Origin: Spirochaetota bacterium
Lineage (GTDB): Bacteria; Spirochaetota; UBA4802; UBA5550
NCBI GenBank assembly: GCA_963664815.2
Contig: CAXXHB010000002.1
Span: 512,001 to 576,000 of the forward strand
Reading direction: 5' to 3'
Length of the DNA stretch: 64,000 nt
A program made the position numbers and the translations under genes. The first letter of the stretch is position 1. Each line of letters starts with the position of its first letter. Below are positions 20,692 to 31,480 of the stretch, piece after piece. The notes beneath the pieces were generated by a model. The model saw only the letters and a program-made list of their open reading frames with translations. It searched no databases and had not been told where the DNA came from.

Positions 20692-21615
20692 GTGAAAATA
20701 TGTGGTTTTAATAATGCGGTTATCCTGCTTGATAAACCCGAAGGTAAAACATCTTTTGATCTGATATCAGCCGTTAAGAGAATTACCGGAATAAAAAAAG
20801 TTGGTCATTCCGGAACTCTGGACAGATTCGCCACTGGCTTAATGGTTATATGTACAGGAAAGGCTACAAGACTTACGCAGTTTTTTCTTGAAGATGATAA
20901 AAGATATACTGGAAGGATTAAGCTCGGTTTAGAGACCGACACCTGTGATATAACCGGTGAGATAATATCAGAAAAATCGCTTTCATTACTGGATTGGAGT
21001 ACTGTTGCTGATACACTATCCGGATTTATCGGGAGTATAAATCAGATTCCACCGAAATATTCAGCATTGAAGATTGAAGGGAAAAGAGCTTCTGACCGAA
21101 TGAGGTCTGGCGAGGAGATTATTCTTGCCGGAAGGGATGTAGAGATATACAGTATAGATGTGAAAGGTATTGATTCTCTTGGAGGTTATATCGATTTTGA
21201 CGTTTCCTGTTCAAAGGGAACCTATATCAGGTCTCTTGCAAAGGATTTCGGCGAGAGTCTTGGGACTGGAGCGTGCTTAAGTTCATTAAGAAGAGTATCT
21301 TCAGGAAGTTTTAATATATCCCAGGCAGCAACAATTGAAGAAGTAGAGGAAACCGTCGTAAAGGGAGATTTTGAGAATAAATCGTTTTTACTTGATCCAA
21401 TAGAAGTTCTTAAAGGATTCAGCAGACTGGTTCTCAATGATTATGGAGCATCGAGAGTTTTAAATGGCGCTTTTTTCAGCAGAGAAGATGTAATTTTGCT
21501 TGAAAAGAGAGAGGAAGATTTTTTTACAGTAGCCGATAAACATCAAAATCTGATTGCAATAGCAGAGATAGATACTGATAAATGGCTGATTAATTATAAA
21601 TGTGTATTTAATTAA
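20692..21615 (+). CDS. truB: tRNA pseudouridine(55) synthase
   Basis: DKPEGKTS, KVGHSGTLD, PPKYSALK, CSKGTYIRSL. Confidence 0.96.
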   Translation: MKICGFNNAVILLDKPEGKTSFDLISAVKRITGIKKVGHSGTLDRFATGLMVICTGKATRLTQFFLEDDKRYTGRIKLGLETDTCDITGEIISEKSLSLLDWSTVADTLSGFIGSINQIPPKYSALKIEGKRASDRMRSGEEIILAGRDVEIYSIDVKGIDSLGGYIDFDVSCSKGTYIRSLAKDFGESLGTGACLSSLRRVSSGSFNISQAATIEEVEETVVKGDFENKSFLLDPIEVLKGFSRLVLNDYGASRVLNGAFFSREDVILLEKREEDFFTVADKHQNLIAIAEIDTDKWLINYKCVFN

Positions 21616-21654
21616 AAAATGAATTAACGAATCATCAGGAGGATATAAGAAGAA

Positions 21655-21912
21655 ATGACAACCAAGACAGAGATAATTGGAAAGTACATGAGACATGAAG
21701 GGGATACAGGCTCTCCAGAGGTGCAGATAGCATTATTGACAGACAGGATTAACCTTCTTACAGAACATTTTAAGGTACACTCCAAAGACCATCATTCCAG
21801 AAGAGGACTTTTAAAACTGGTAGGACAGAGAAGAAGGCTTCTTGATTATTTAAAGGGGAAAGATCTGGAAAAATACAGAACCATGATCAAAGAATTGGGT
21901 TTAAGAAGATAG
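21655..21912 (+). CDS. rpsO: 30S ribosomal protein S15
   Basis: [22 protein letters not shown]. Confidence 0.98.
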   Translation: MTTKTEIIGKYMRHEGDTGSPEVQIALLTDRINLLTEHFKVHSKDHHSRRGLLKLVGQRRRLLDYLKGKDLEKYRTMIKELGLRR

Positions 21913-21991
21913 AGGGTGTAGTTTATTCACAAATACTGTTATTGTTTTATTATAAGATGATGGTATTAAAAAAGTATTGTGAGAGGTTTTA

Positions 21992-24070
21992 ATGACATTG
22001 GATTATAGTTTGGAAATTGGAAAGGGAAAACTGAATTTCAATACAGGTTATCTTGCGAAGCAGGCTGATGGTGCTGTTGCTGTATCGTATGGTGAGACTG
22101 TTGTTTTTGCCAGCGCTGTTGCATCAAGGGATGTGAAGGAAGGGCAGGATTTTTTTCCGTTGACAGTTGATTACAGGGAAAAATCCTATGCAGCGGGGAA
22201 AATTCCGGGCGGTTTTATTAAAAGGGAGAGCAGACCAAGTGATAAAGAGGTGCTTGTTTCGAGGTTGACAGACAGACCTTTGAGGCCTCTCTTCCCTGAA
22301 GATTTTGTTAACGAAGTGCAGATAATAATATATGTTCTCTCTGCAGATGGGATCAATCAGCATGATATTGTTGCTATTAATGCAGCATCAGCTGCGCTCG
22401 TAGTTTCTGGTATGCCGTTTAATGGACCTGTTGGAGCAGTCAGGGTTGGAAGAATTAATGGTATCATGATTGTAAATCCGACTTTCAGAGAATCAGAGCA
22501 AAGCGATATTGATCTTGTTGTTGCAGGCACAAAAAAAGCTGTTACAATGATTGAAGGTTGCTCAAAAAATGTCTCTGAAGAAGACATGCTTGCAGCCGTA
22601 CAGTTTGCACATGAAAATATTATAAAAATCTGTGAAGTTCAGGAAGAGCTGAAAAGAGCAGTGAATAAACCGGCTTTTTCTTATAAGCCTTATCTGCCGG
22701 ATGTTGACCTGAAAAAATTTGTAAGAGAAAGATATTATTTTGATCTTGAAGAACTTAGACATATCACTGTTAAAAAACCGCGTGAAGATAGATGGAATGA
22801 AATTTATGTAAAGGCGAAAGAGGAACTGAAAGAAGGCTTTCCTGATACAATCGGCCAGTTAAGAGGAATCCTTGATGCGCTTGATGGCGAAATAATGAGA
22901 AAGAGATGTCTTGAGGGGGGGGCGCGTGCTGATGGACGCGGACTTAAAGATATCCGTCCCATAGATATAATGACTGGAGTTCTTCCGAGAACGCATGGGT
23001 CTGCAGTTTTCACAAGGGGAGAGACACAGAGTGTTGGTATTACTACACTCGGCACTCTTTCAGAAGCGCAGAGAATGGATAATCTTGAAGGATCCAGCGA
23101 AAAGAATTTTATGCTGCACTATAATTTTCCTCCTTTTTCTGTTGGTGAAACGGGTAGAACAGGGAATCCCGGAAGGCGCGAAATTGGTCATGGAATGCTT
23201 GCGGAGAGGTCACTGGAGTATGTAATTCCAGATATAAATACTTTTCCTTATACAATAAGGCAGGTTTCGGAGATTTTTGAATCAAACGGTTCATCTTCAA
23301 TGGCAAGTGTGTGTTCGGGATCACTTTCACTGTTTAATGCGGGTGTTCCAATAAAAGCAGCTGTAGCCGGTATTGCCATGGGACTTATTATGGAAGATGA
23401 AAAGTATGCAATACTCAGCGACATTCAGGGGTTGGAAGACCATCTTGGAGATATGGACTTTAAAGTAGCAGGTACAGAGACCGGAATCACCGCTTTTCAG
23501 CTGGATATTAAAATTGAGGGCATTACACCGGAGATAATGAAAGCTGCGCTGGAACAGGCAAAAGAGGGGAGACTTCACATTCTCAAGACTATGAGCTCAT
23601 TCATATCAAAACCTGAATCGGCCGTATCGGTACACGCACCGAAAATAAAGACTCTTAAAGTAAGAACCGAGAAAATAGGTGAAATTATAGGACCCGGTGG
23701 AAGAGTTATAAAGAAGATTGTTGAAGAGACCGGTGCCGAAGTAAATATTGATGACACAGGAAAAGTTGTAGTTTCTTCGATAAGCCAGGAGGCTATTGAT
23801 AATGCTGTTAAGATAATTCTTGGAATAGCCGAGGATATTGAGATTGGCAACATATACAATGGTACAGTTAAAAAGATTATGGAATTTGGAGCATTTGTTG
23901 AAATAGCACCGGGTAAAGAAGGTCTTGTTCACATATCGAACCTTGATAACGCCAGGGTTAAAGAAGTTACTGATATCTGCACTGTTGGTGATAAGATGAA
24001 AGTAAAAGTTATAAAAATAGATCGTCAGGGAAGAATCGACCTGAGTAGAAAAGAAGCATTAGAAGAATAA
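21992..24070 (+). CDS. pnp: Polyribonucleotide nucleotidyltransferase
   Basis: FFPLTVDY, RREIGHG, ESNGSSSMASVC, EDHLGDMDFK; KH and S1 domains. Confidence 0.98.
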   Translation: MTLDYSLEIGKGKLNFNTGYLAKQADGAVAVSYGETVVFASAVASRDVKEGQDFFPLTVDYREKSYAAGKIPGGFIKRESRPSDKEVLVSRLTDRPLRPLFPEDFVNEVQIIIYVLSADGINQHDIVAINAASAALVVSGMPFNGPVGAVRVGRINGIMIVNPTFRESEQSDIDLVVAGTKKAVTMIEGCSKNVSEEDMLAAVQFAHENIIKICEVQEELKRAVNKPAFSYKPYLPDVDLKKFVRERYYFDLEELRHITVKKPREDRWNEIYVKAKEELKEGFPDTIGQLRGILDALDGEIMRKRCLEGGARADGRGLKDIRPIDIMTGVLPRTHGSAVFTRGETQSVGITTLGTLSEAQRMDNLEGSSEKNFMLHYNFPPFSVGETGRTGNPGRREIGHGMLAERSLEYVIPDINTFPYTIRQVSEIFESNGSSSMASVCSGSLSLFNAGVPIKAAVAGIAMGLIMEDEKYAILSDIQGLEDHLGDMDFKVAGTETGITAFQLDIKIEGITPEIMKAALEQAKEGRLHILKTMSSFISKPESAVSVHAPKIKTLKVRTEKIGEIIGPGGRVIKKIVEETGAEVNIDDTGKVVVSSISQEAIDNAVKIILGIAEDIEIGNIYNGTVKKIMEFGAFVEIAPGKEGLVHISNLDNARVKEVTDICTVGDKMKVKVIKIDRQGRIDLSRKEALEE

Positions 24071-25336
24071 ATGGTAATAAAATACAAACAGGATAACGGA
24101 TTTTCTGTTCTCCTTGAACCTGTTGAAAGCTCAGTTTCAGTTTCTGTAGGTCTCTGGGTTAATAAGGGTTCAAGGGATGAAACCCAGGATCAATATGGAT
24201 ATGCTCACTTTGTTGAGCATATGCTGTTTAAGGGGACAGAAAAATATACGGCAGGAGACATTGCGAGAAGTATAGATCGTGTTGGCGGGCAGCACAATGC
24301 AGCTACTAACAGGGAATATACATGCTATTATATAAATGTAGTGTCGGATTATCTGGAGCTTGCCCTTGAGATTCTTTCCGACATGTACTATAACTCACTG
24401 TTTGATCCGGATGAGCTTGAGAAGGAAAAAAATGTTGTCGTGGAGGAGATCAGGATGTATGAAGATACGCCTGATGAGTTTATCCACGATTTTTTCATGG
24501 AAAAAATGATGCAGGGACATCCGCTGAGTCATTCTATTCTCGGCACTATTGAGGGGATAGGGAAAACATCACGTGAAACAATTACTACGTTTTATAATTC
24601 TCACTATGTGAATGATAACGCGATTCTAGCTATAGCTGGAAATTTTAATATTGAAAATGTAAAAGAACTTATTTCTTTGTACTTCGGAAAAGAAAAAAAT
24701 GCGGTACTTCCTGCAACTTCTCTGTTAACGGGTATTCCTGCAAGAATTTCAAGAGAGCACCTGGAGAAGGATCTTGAACAGGTTCATTTCTGTATGGGTC
24801 TCGAAGGAATAAAACGCGGTGAAGATGATCGCTGGGGTCTTTATATTTTAAGTACGATTCTTGGAGGGAGCATGTCTTCCAGGCTATTCCAGAATATCAG
24901 GGAGAAAGAGGGCATAAGCTATTCCATCTATTCTTTTCATTCATCCTATGTTGATTGTGGAGTTTTCGGAATATACTGTGCAACGTTACCGGAAAAATTC
25001 GGTTTAACAGTTGATCTCATAATGAAAGAGTGCCAAAAAATGTTTTATGACGGAATTACTGATGAAGAGTTCCGGGATACAAAGACATATATGAAAGGCA
25101 ATTTAGCGCTCAGCCTTGAAAGCAATGAAGTAAGGATGAGCCAGCTTGCAAGAAACGAAATGACATATGGCAGCTATTTCAGTTTTAATGATGTTGTGGA
25201 GATAATTGATAAAATTACTCAGGATGATTATATGAGGGTGTGTGACAGAATTTTTAAAAATAAAACTCTCTCGCTTGTTTCTGTAGGAAAGCTGAAAAAG
25301 AAAATAAAACTTGAAAGTCTTGATCTTGCTATATAA
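24071..25336 (+). CDS. M16 (pitrilysin) family zinc peptidase
   Basis: HFVEH inverted zinc motif, EEIRMYED, GGSMSSRLF. Confidence 0.93.
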   Translation: MVIKYKQDNGFSVLLEPVESSVSVSVGLWVNKGSRDETQDQYGYAHFVEHMLFKGTEKYTAGDIARSIDRVGGQHNAATNREYTCYYINVVSDYLELALEILSDMYYNSLFDPDELEKEKNVVVEEIRMYEDTPDEFIHDFFMEKMMQGHPLSHSILGTIEGIGKTSRETITTFYNSHYVNDNAILAIAGNFNIENVKELISLYFGKEKNAVLPATSLLTGIPARISREHLEKDLEQVHFCMGLEGIKRGEDDRWGLYILSTILGGSMSSRLFQNIREKEGISYSIYSFHSSYVDCGVFGIYCATLPEKFGLTVDLIMKECQKMFYDGITDEEFRDTKTYMKGNLALSLESNEVRMSQLARNEMTYGSYFSFNDVVEIIDKITQDDYMRVCDRIFKNKTLSLVSVGKLKKKIKLESLDLAI

Positions 25337-25537
25337 TTTGTGTTTTTAAATAGTATTTGACGTAAAATCAATTATTTGATTTCTATCGTATAGAAAGGTT
25401 TTTATATTTTTCTTTTTTACTAATACATTTTTTGCTATATGAATTTTCAGTTATATTGTTGAAGTTCTTTAATAATATGTGCAATGTCAGCAGAATAATG
25501 GTATAGTAATAATTTTTCCAGTTTAATGGAGTTTTAT

Positions 25538-25951
25538 ATGGCAACGAAACCTGAAGGAATAAACAGTACAATCGGAGAAGGCTCAGTATTTGAAGGGAAA
25601 TTCTATATCAGCGGTTCTCTTAAAATAGATGGTAAGTTTGAAGGTGAGATTAAAACAGACGAAGAGCTTGTTGTAGGGGAAAAAGGGCGAATTAAAACTG
25701 ATATTTTTGCAAAATCCGTCGTTGTTGCCGGAACAGTAGTTGGAAATATTACTGCGGAAAACGAGGTAAGACTTCTTGAAACGGCCAAGGTGCTTGGAGA
25801 TATTACAGCTCCAGCTATATCAATACAACGCGGTGTTGTAGCTCATGGTAAGATAACTATAACCGGATTGAATAAAAAAGACCCCAAAAAGTATATAGAA
25901 GAAGCGTATTCCGGCTCATCACAGGCTGCTAAAGTGCCGGATAAAAAATAA
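25538..25951 (+). CDS. Bactofilin (polymer-forming cytoskeletal protein)
   Basis: STIGEGSVFEG, LKIDGKFEG, V.G.V.GNI.A beta-helix repeats. Confidence 0.9.
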   Translation: MATKPEGINSTIGEGSVFEGKFYISGSLKIDGKFEGEIKTDEELVVGEKGRIKTDIFAKSVVVAGTVVGNITAENEVRLLETAKVLGDITAPAISIQRGVVAHGKITITGLNKKDPKKYIEEAYSGSSQAAKVPDKK

Positions 25952-26021
25952 ATGTTAAGTATATTTATTATAAAGGACGATAAGTAATTATTATTATTTT
26001 TTTATAAGCAGAATTAATAGG

Positions 26022-27125
26022 ATGTTTAAAAAAGGATTTAATACATATAAAATTGGTAAACTTACTGTAAATATTTTTACGAACGATATAGTTCTGATCT
26101 ATATAGGTAAAAATGGTACTTATATAAAAAATATTTATAAAAAAGATTTTTCACGTCTTACAAAGGCTGTGGCGATGACTGCAGGATTTATAATAATCTC
26201 ATCTATAATTATTACTGCAATTCCGTCAAGTGAAGCGTCTGCAGGATCATCCGGGAGTGAGTATGCTGAATCTGCTGATGAAGACAATGAAAATAATGGA
26301 CTAATGGTTCTTGGGACTTCTGATATTAAAAATATTGAAGAAGATGAAAAACTTAAAAATGAACTTCTTCTTTCTGATAAAACAGATTTTTCTCTGCCTT
26401 CTGTAAATACTCCGCTAAAAATCAAAACACATAAAGTAAAACAGGGTGAAAGTCTTAATGGTATAGCAAAAAAATATGGTGTTTCTATTGATACAATTTG
26501 TGGAAGTAATAATCTAAAGTCGTATGATTATGTAGATCCGGGAATAACATTGAGAATACCCAATAAAGAGGGAATTCTTTACAATATGAAAGAAGGAAAT
26601 AATGTGGCAGGTTTAGCCGCTAAATATAAAATACCGGTAGAGAAAATACTTGCTGAAAACAATTTTAAAAATCCTGATTTTGTTTCAGAAGGAGAACTGG
26701 TTTTTATACCTGATGCGAAACCACAGAACATCTTTTCCGGTTTTTTATGGCCTGTTGACAGCAGAAAAATTACATGTGGATATGGCTGGAGGAGAAATCC
26801 CTTTAACTATGAATATAAAGAGTTTCATAGAGGTATGGATATATGCGCCAGATATGAATGGGTCAGGTCAACTAAATATGGACAGGTGACTTTTGCCGGA
26901 TGGATGGGGGGATATGGGAAAGCTGTAATTATTGCTCATCCGGGAGGATGGAAGAGTTTATATGGACATCTGTCAAAAATTATCGTTAAAGAAGGGCAGT
27001 ATGTTAAACAGGGGCAGAATATTGCAAAGAGTGGAAATACGGGAAGATCAACAGGCCCCCATGTACATTTTGAACTTCTGAAACAGGGTGAATATACCAA
27101 TCCTAAAAAATATCTGAAAAAATAA
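26022..27125 (+). CDS. Membrane-anchored LysM x2 / M23 peptidase
   Basis: HKVKQGESL..IAKKYGV LysM; HRGMD, YGHL, STGPHVHFE. Confidence 0.92.
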   Translation: MFKKGFNTYKIGKLTVNIFTNDIVLIYIGKNGTYIKNIYKKDFSRLTKAVAMTAGFIIISSIIITAIPSSEASAGSSGSEYAESADEDNENNGLMVLGTSDIKNIEEDEKLKNELLLSDKTDFSLPSVNTPLKIKTHKVKQGESLNGIAKKYGVSIDTICGSNNLKSYDYVDPGITLRIPNKEGILYNMKEGNNVAGLAAKYKIPVEKILAENNFKNPDFVSEGELVFIPDAKPQNIFSGFLWPVDSRKITCGYGWRRNPFNYEYKEFHRGMDICARYEWVRSTKYGQVTFAGWMGGYGKAVIIAHPGGWKSLYGHLSKIIVKEGQYVKQGQNIAKSGNTGRSTGPHVHFELLKQGEYTNPKKYLKK

Positions 27126-27492
27126 CATCATCAGCTTCAACATCTATATCTGTTTTAAAAACTAATTGACTCAAAAATAACCCTCTATGATATCACAATA
27201 TGTTTCATATTCATAAGTATAATATTTAGCGATTATTTGTTGTAAAACTAAAATCATCATAACTTATAGTTTTTGTGAATAATTAAGATAAAAATAGTCA
27301 TAATTTTTCTGTTTAATTTTTGATGTAATTTATATCATTATTGAGCCTTTTTATTTAACTCATTTCGACAAACTTAATACATGGCGTGGCCTTACATTGA
27401 AATGTATTGGTGATTAATTGTTCCGGGGCTTTCTATCAATCATTATAATCCCAACTATGCAAATTATATTAAATTATGTTCTGGAGTACGTT

Positions 27493-29571
27493 ATGCTGAA
27501 AGACGCGAATTTTTTATGTGAAATCGGAACCGAAGAGATCCCGGCAGGATATATTCCCCCTGCGATTAATTCTTTAAAAAATATATTTAAAGACAGATTT
27601 GCCGAGTTGAGAATTGATTTCAATAATATAGAAGTGTATGCGACTCCCAGAAGGCTGGTTGTTCTTGCTTCAGGTCTTGCAAAGTCGCAGAGGAGTGAGA
27701 CTGTAGAACTTAAAGGCCCATCGGCACAGGCTGCTTTTGATAGTGCAGGAAATCCGACAAGGGCCATGGAAGGCTTTTTAAAGGGAAACGGAATTGAGTT
27801 AAAGGATACATCTATCAGGGAAACAGATAAAGGGAATTATGTATATGCGTCGAAAATTCTTACTTCTGAAAAAACCGAAAAGATAATTCCTGAAATACTT
27901 GAAGGTTGCTTAATCAGTCTTCAGTTTCCAAAAAGAATGAAATGGAGCGATAAGAAAATAACTTTTCCGCGTCCTATTCAATACTTTGTGCTGATGTTTA
28001 ACAATGAAGTAATACCTTTTGAAATAGATGGAATTAAATCGGGCAATCTTACACGGGGGCATTTTGTACAGCATAACAAAATGATAGAGATAACTGACAT
28101 TTCAACTTATTCTGACAAGCTGAAGGAGAACGGAGTAATTCTTGATCAGGATGAAAGGAAAGATTTGATAAGACGAGAACTTGTTAAGGCAGCACAGGAC
28201 GCAGGTGGAATTCTTAATGAAGATGAGGAACTACTCGATACAGTTACATTCATTGTTGAAGATCCCCACATAATTACATGTGAATTTAACAAAGACTTTC
28301 TGGAAATACCAGATATTGTTCTTATTACTGAAATGAAGGAGCATCAGAAATATTTTGCGATACTGAGCAGCCAGGGTAAACTGATTAATAAATTTCTTGT
28401 TACGGCTAATAATCCTGAGAACAAAAATATTATAAAGGGTAATGTCAAGGTAATATCTGCAAGGTTTACCGATGCAAAATTTTTCTACAGAGAGGATGCA
28501 AAACTCAAGCTTGCACAGAGAGTTGACTCTTTGAAGAACGTTCTTTTTCACAAAGAGCTAGGAACTATTTATGACAAGATTGAAAGGATGAGGAAAGTTG
28601 CTTCGAATATATCCAATACACTGAATCTTGATGACAATTTAAAGGCGAAGATTGACAGGGCTGTTTATCTTTCCAAGGCAGACCTTGATACTGCGATGGT
28701 TTATGAATTTGCTTCTCTCCAGGGAAAGGTTGGCCGGATATATGCACTGAATGATGGTGAAGAAAAAGAAGTTGCAGAGGCTATCAATGATCACTACCGG
28801 CCGAGATTTTACGGGGATGCTGTTCCATCCGGAATTGTTTCTGTTGTACTTTCACTTGCGGAGAAGATTGATAATATTTTCGGTTCATATTCTGTAGGTA
28901 ATATCCCAAAGGGTTCTCAGGATCCGTATGCTTTGAGACGTCAGTCAAATGCAGTTGTTGAACTTATTATAAGAAACAATCTTTCGCTTGATTTGCATAA
29001 AATACTGGTGGATGTTTCGTCAAATTATAAAAACGGGAAAGAGATTGTTGATAAAATCGTTGAGTTTGTTAACGCCAGGGTGAAAACGATTTTTTCTGAT
29101 GAAGGATTCAGGTATGATGAGATTGATGCATGCATGATTGCAGGTAATACGAATTATCTTGAGCTTTACAGAAGAGCGAAAAGCCTCAACAGTTTCAGGA
29201 ATGATGAAAAATTTTCTGAACTTCTTCTTGGTTTTAAAAGAATGAACAATATAGTAAACGGATTCAGAAAAGAAAACAAAGATTATAAGCTTGTTTTCAG
29301 TGAGTCACTAATTGAGGGGAATGAAGAGAAAGAATTATTCAGTTTTTTCAGCACAAGGGAGAAAGAAATAGCAACACTCATTTCAGAGAGCAGGTATATT
29401 GATCTATTTAAACTTATATCTGAAGCGAAACAGTTTATTGACATTTTCTTTGATAAAGTCCTTGTTATGGATAAAAGGGTTGAAGTACGGGATAACAGGC
29501 TTTCAATTCTTGAGGGTATCCTGAGGAATTTTAAGAACCTTATTGATTTTTCAAAGATAAGTGACAAGTAA
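27493..29571 (+). CDS. glyS: Glycine-tRNA ligase beta subunit
   Basis: EIGTEEIP, TPRRL, HQKYF, EF..LQG, GSQDPYALRR, FFDKVLVM...RDNRL; GGAG RBS before ATG 27493. Confidence 0.96.
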   Translation: MLKDANFLCEIGTEEIPAGYIPPAINSLKNIFKDRFAELRIDFNNIEVYATPRRLVVLASGLAKSQRSETVELKGPSAQAAFDSAGNPTRAMEGFLKGNGIELKDTSIRETDKGNYVYASKILTSEKTEKIIPEILEGCLISLQFPKRMKWSDKKITFPRPIQYFVLMFNNEVIPFEIDGIKSGNLTRGHFVQHNKMIEITDISTYSDKLKENGVILDQDERKDLIRRELVKAAQDAGGILNEDEELLDTVTFIVEDPHIITCEFNKDFLEIPDIVLITEMKEHQKYFAILSSQGKLINKFLVTANNPENKNIIKGNVKVISARFTDAKFFYREDAKLKLAQRVDSLKNVLFHKELGTIYDKIERMRKVASNISNTLNLDDNLKAKIDRAVYLSKADLDTAMVYEFASLQGKVGRIYALNDGEEKEVAEAINDHYRPRFYGDAVPSGIVSVVLSLAEKIDNIFGSYSVGNIPKGSQDPYALRRQSNAVVELIIRNNLSLDLHKILVDVSSNYKNGKEIVDKIVEFVNARVKTIFSDEGFRYDEIDACMIAGNTNYLELYRRAKSLNSFRNDEKFSELLLGFKRMNNIVNGFRKENKDYKLVFSESLIEGNEEKELFSFFSTREKEIATLISESRYIDLFKLISEAKQFIDIFFDKVLVMDKRVEVRDNRLSILEGILRNFKNLIDFSKISDK

Positions 29572-29656
29572 CACATAGAAATCTCTCAGTGCTTGTAATA
29601 TGTTGTTAAGCATATGGAAAATTTTCTCGATAAACATGAGATTTAGTGATTGGAAA

Positions 29657-29697
29657 ACTCCGCCCGGAACCATGATTAAAAACCGGTTGAGCGGAGT
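29657..29697. terminator. Hairpin between convergent glyS and lipoprotein genes
   Basis: ACTCCGC...GCGGAGT inverted repeat. Confidence 0.45.
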
Positions 29698-29713
29698 CAA
29701 AGCAAAATTAATA

Positions 29714-30193
29714 TTAAGGAATTACAATTTGACCGTAACCGCTTATTGCATCAATATTTGTATATTGGTTATATTGTGATTGATTACTTGCATTATATGG
29801 AATGTCATTATCATCAGTATCGATATGAATAATTCCAATTCTGTAAAAATAAACTCCAGAAGATGTTGGAGCATCAACATTACAGCTTGTTGTTAAGCCA
29901 GATGATAAATCACCACTATTTAGCAAACTAGTAGAATATCTGCTTGCAACAAGTTCATAACTAGAGTACTCATCGTCTTTTTGTGATGTCCGATAGACTT
30001 CAATTCCCGCAAAAGTATTTGAAGTGTCTGTTTTATCCCAAGTTAATATTACATTACCGCCGCTATATGTAGCATTAACGCTGAATGATGACCTCTTTGT
30101 AATTGCCCCTTCAGCCATATCGGATACATATGAACATCCGGTAAAAATGGAACTTAAAAATGCAGCTATAATTATCAGTTTAAAATATCTCAT
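29714..30193 (-). CDS. Lipoprotein with Fn3-like fold
   Basis: Lipobox IFTG-C; VILTWD, GIEVYR, YFYRIG pattern. Confidence 0.65.
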   Translation of the reverse strand: MRYFKLIIIAAFLSSIFTGCSYVSDMAEGAITKRSSFSVNATYSGGNVILTWDKTDTSNTFAGIEVYRTSQKDDEYSSYELVASRYSTSLLNSGDLSSGLTTSCNVDAPTSSGVYFYRIGIIHIDTDDNDIPYNASNQSQYNQYTNIDAISGYGQIVIP

Positions 30194-30205
30194 ATTATTC
30201 CCTCT

Positions 30206-31480
30206 TTATATCCTGAAAAATAAACTACCTTCAACCGACCACTTATCAGATGCCTCCATAAGTTTTTTCAGCTCGGTTGAATAGTTATACTGGGTTTTTA
30301 AGTCGCCACCGTAATTTACAAAATCAGCTTCAGCGGCGAGAATCCATCCATATACAGCATTGCCTTTACTTGGTTTATCTCTATGTATCGCAATAGCCGG
30401 GTCCCAATACCAGCTCATACCTGTATATACCTTATATTTTGTATTTTCAGGCGGAGTGACAGGATCGAGGTTGATGAGGATATTCCACTCCTTTGATTTG
30501 GCGACATTTATTTTATTGCCGGTTGTTTTTGAGTATATATCTTTATTGATGTACTGGGCACCATAAAATCCTTCAATAGTAAAGAAATCGGATATTCTCT
30601 GAACCACTCTCGTTGAAAGTACATTAAGTGTGGCAGAATCTTTTACATAAGTGCTTGAAGAACCTTTTCCAGTTGCAGTATCAACCCACACAGAATCATA
30701 AAGTTCGTCGTTATATGCCATAGTTCGTTCATAACCTATTGAAAATACCGGATAGTATTTATTGGACACATCTTTTATATGGCTGAGAAGTTCGTTGATT
30801 TTGATTTCTGTTTTAGTTGATTGAGGTTTCCCTTCGTCTATATTCATGCTGAAGGCCATAAATTTCATCACACCGATGGCGTAGAAGAGTTTACTGTAGC
30901 TTTTAACAGGATCTGTATAATCCATGGTACCATCATTTTTAGGAGCGTATTCTTTGTTAAAAATCATTCCGCCATGAAAAGTAAAGTAATCTCTGTATAG
31001 CAATGAAAAAGCATATATGTCATCAAAAAACTGTGAATGTTTGTAATCGGTTACAGACTCGCTGCCGGCACTTCCCCTCCCTACTTCAATACTTTTAGTT
31101 AGGCCATAATGAAAACCGGTTGTTGTAAGGGCTAAAATAAAATCATGATCTTCTGCTTTTTCCCGGAAGCCGGTGATCGGTAATGCAACGGTCATACTTC
31201 CATATGTTCTTACAAGACGGAGTTCGGTAGATTCGGTTTTCCCGGTTCCGGCATTAACGGTATTTACATCAAAGTCGAAAACCCAGTTAATTTTTCCATA
31301 AATGTCGAAATAGAAATTCTTGTCCTGTAGAATGTCCCATCTTTTCATAAAAAGATCCTGAACAGTTTCCGATCTTGAAACGGAATTGTGAAGAGTTGAT
31401 GCTTCATACACCGCTGAAAATAGCGGGTTAAAAATAAACAGCTGAACTGTTATTGCAATGATTGTTAGTAGTTTTTTCAT
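30206..31480 (-). CDS. Exported protein, probable outer-membrane beta-barrel
   Basis: Signal peptide MKKLL...LFSA; alternating aromatic beta strands; C-terminus WSVEGSLFFRI. Confidence 0.5.
   Translation of the reverse strand: MKKLLTIIAITVQLFIFNPLFSAVYEASTLHNSVSRSETVQDLFMKRWDILQDKNFYFDIYGKINWVFDFDVNTVNAGTGKTESTELRLVRTYGSMTVALPITGFREKAEDHDFILALTTTGFHYGLTKSIEVGRGSAGSESVTDYKHSQFFDDIYAFSLLYRDYFTFHGGMIFNKEYAPKNDGTMDYTDPVKSYSKLFYAIGVMKFMAFSMNIDEGKPQSTKTEIKINELLSHIKDVSNKYYPVFSIGYERTMAYNDELYDSVWVDTATGKGSSSTYVKDSATLNVLSTRVVQRISDFFTIEGFYGAQYINKDIYSKTTGNKINVAKSKEWNILINLDPVTPPENTKYKVYTGMSWYWDPAIAIHRDKPSKGNAVYGWILAAEADFVNYGGDLKTQYNYSTELKKLMEASDKWSVEGSLFFRI

Noticed and set aside
27126-27492. T-box riboswitch upstream of glyS
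   Set aside because: No GGTGG.ACC T-box motif or terminator/antiterminator found
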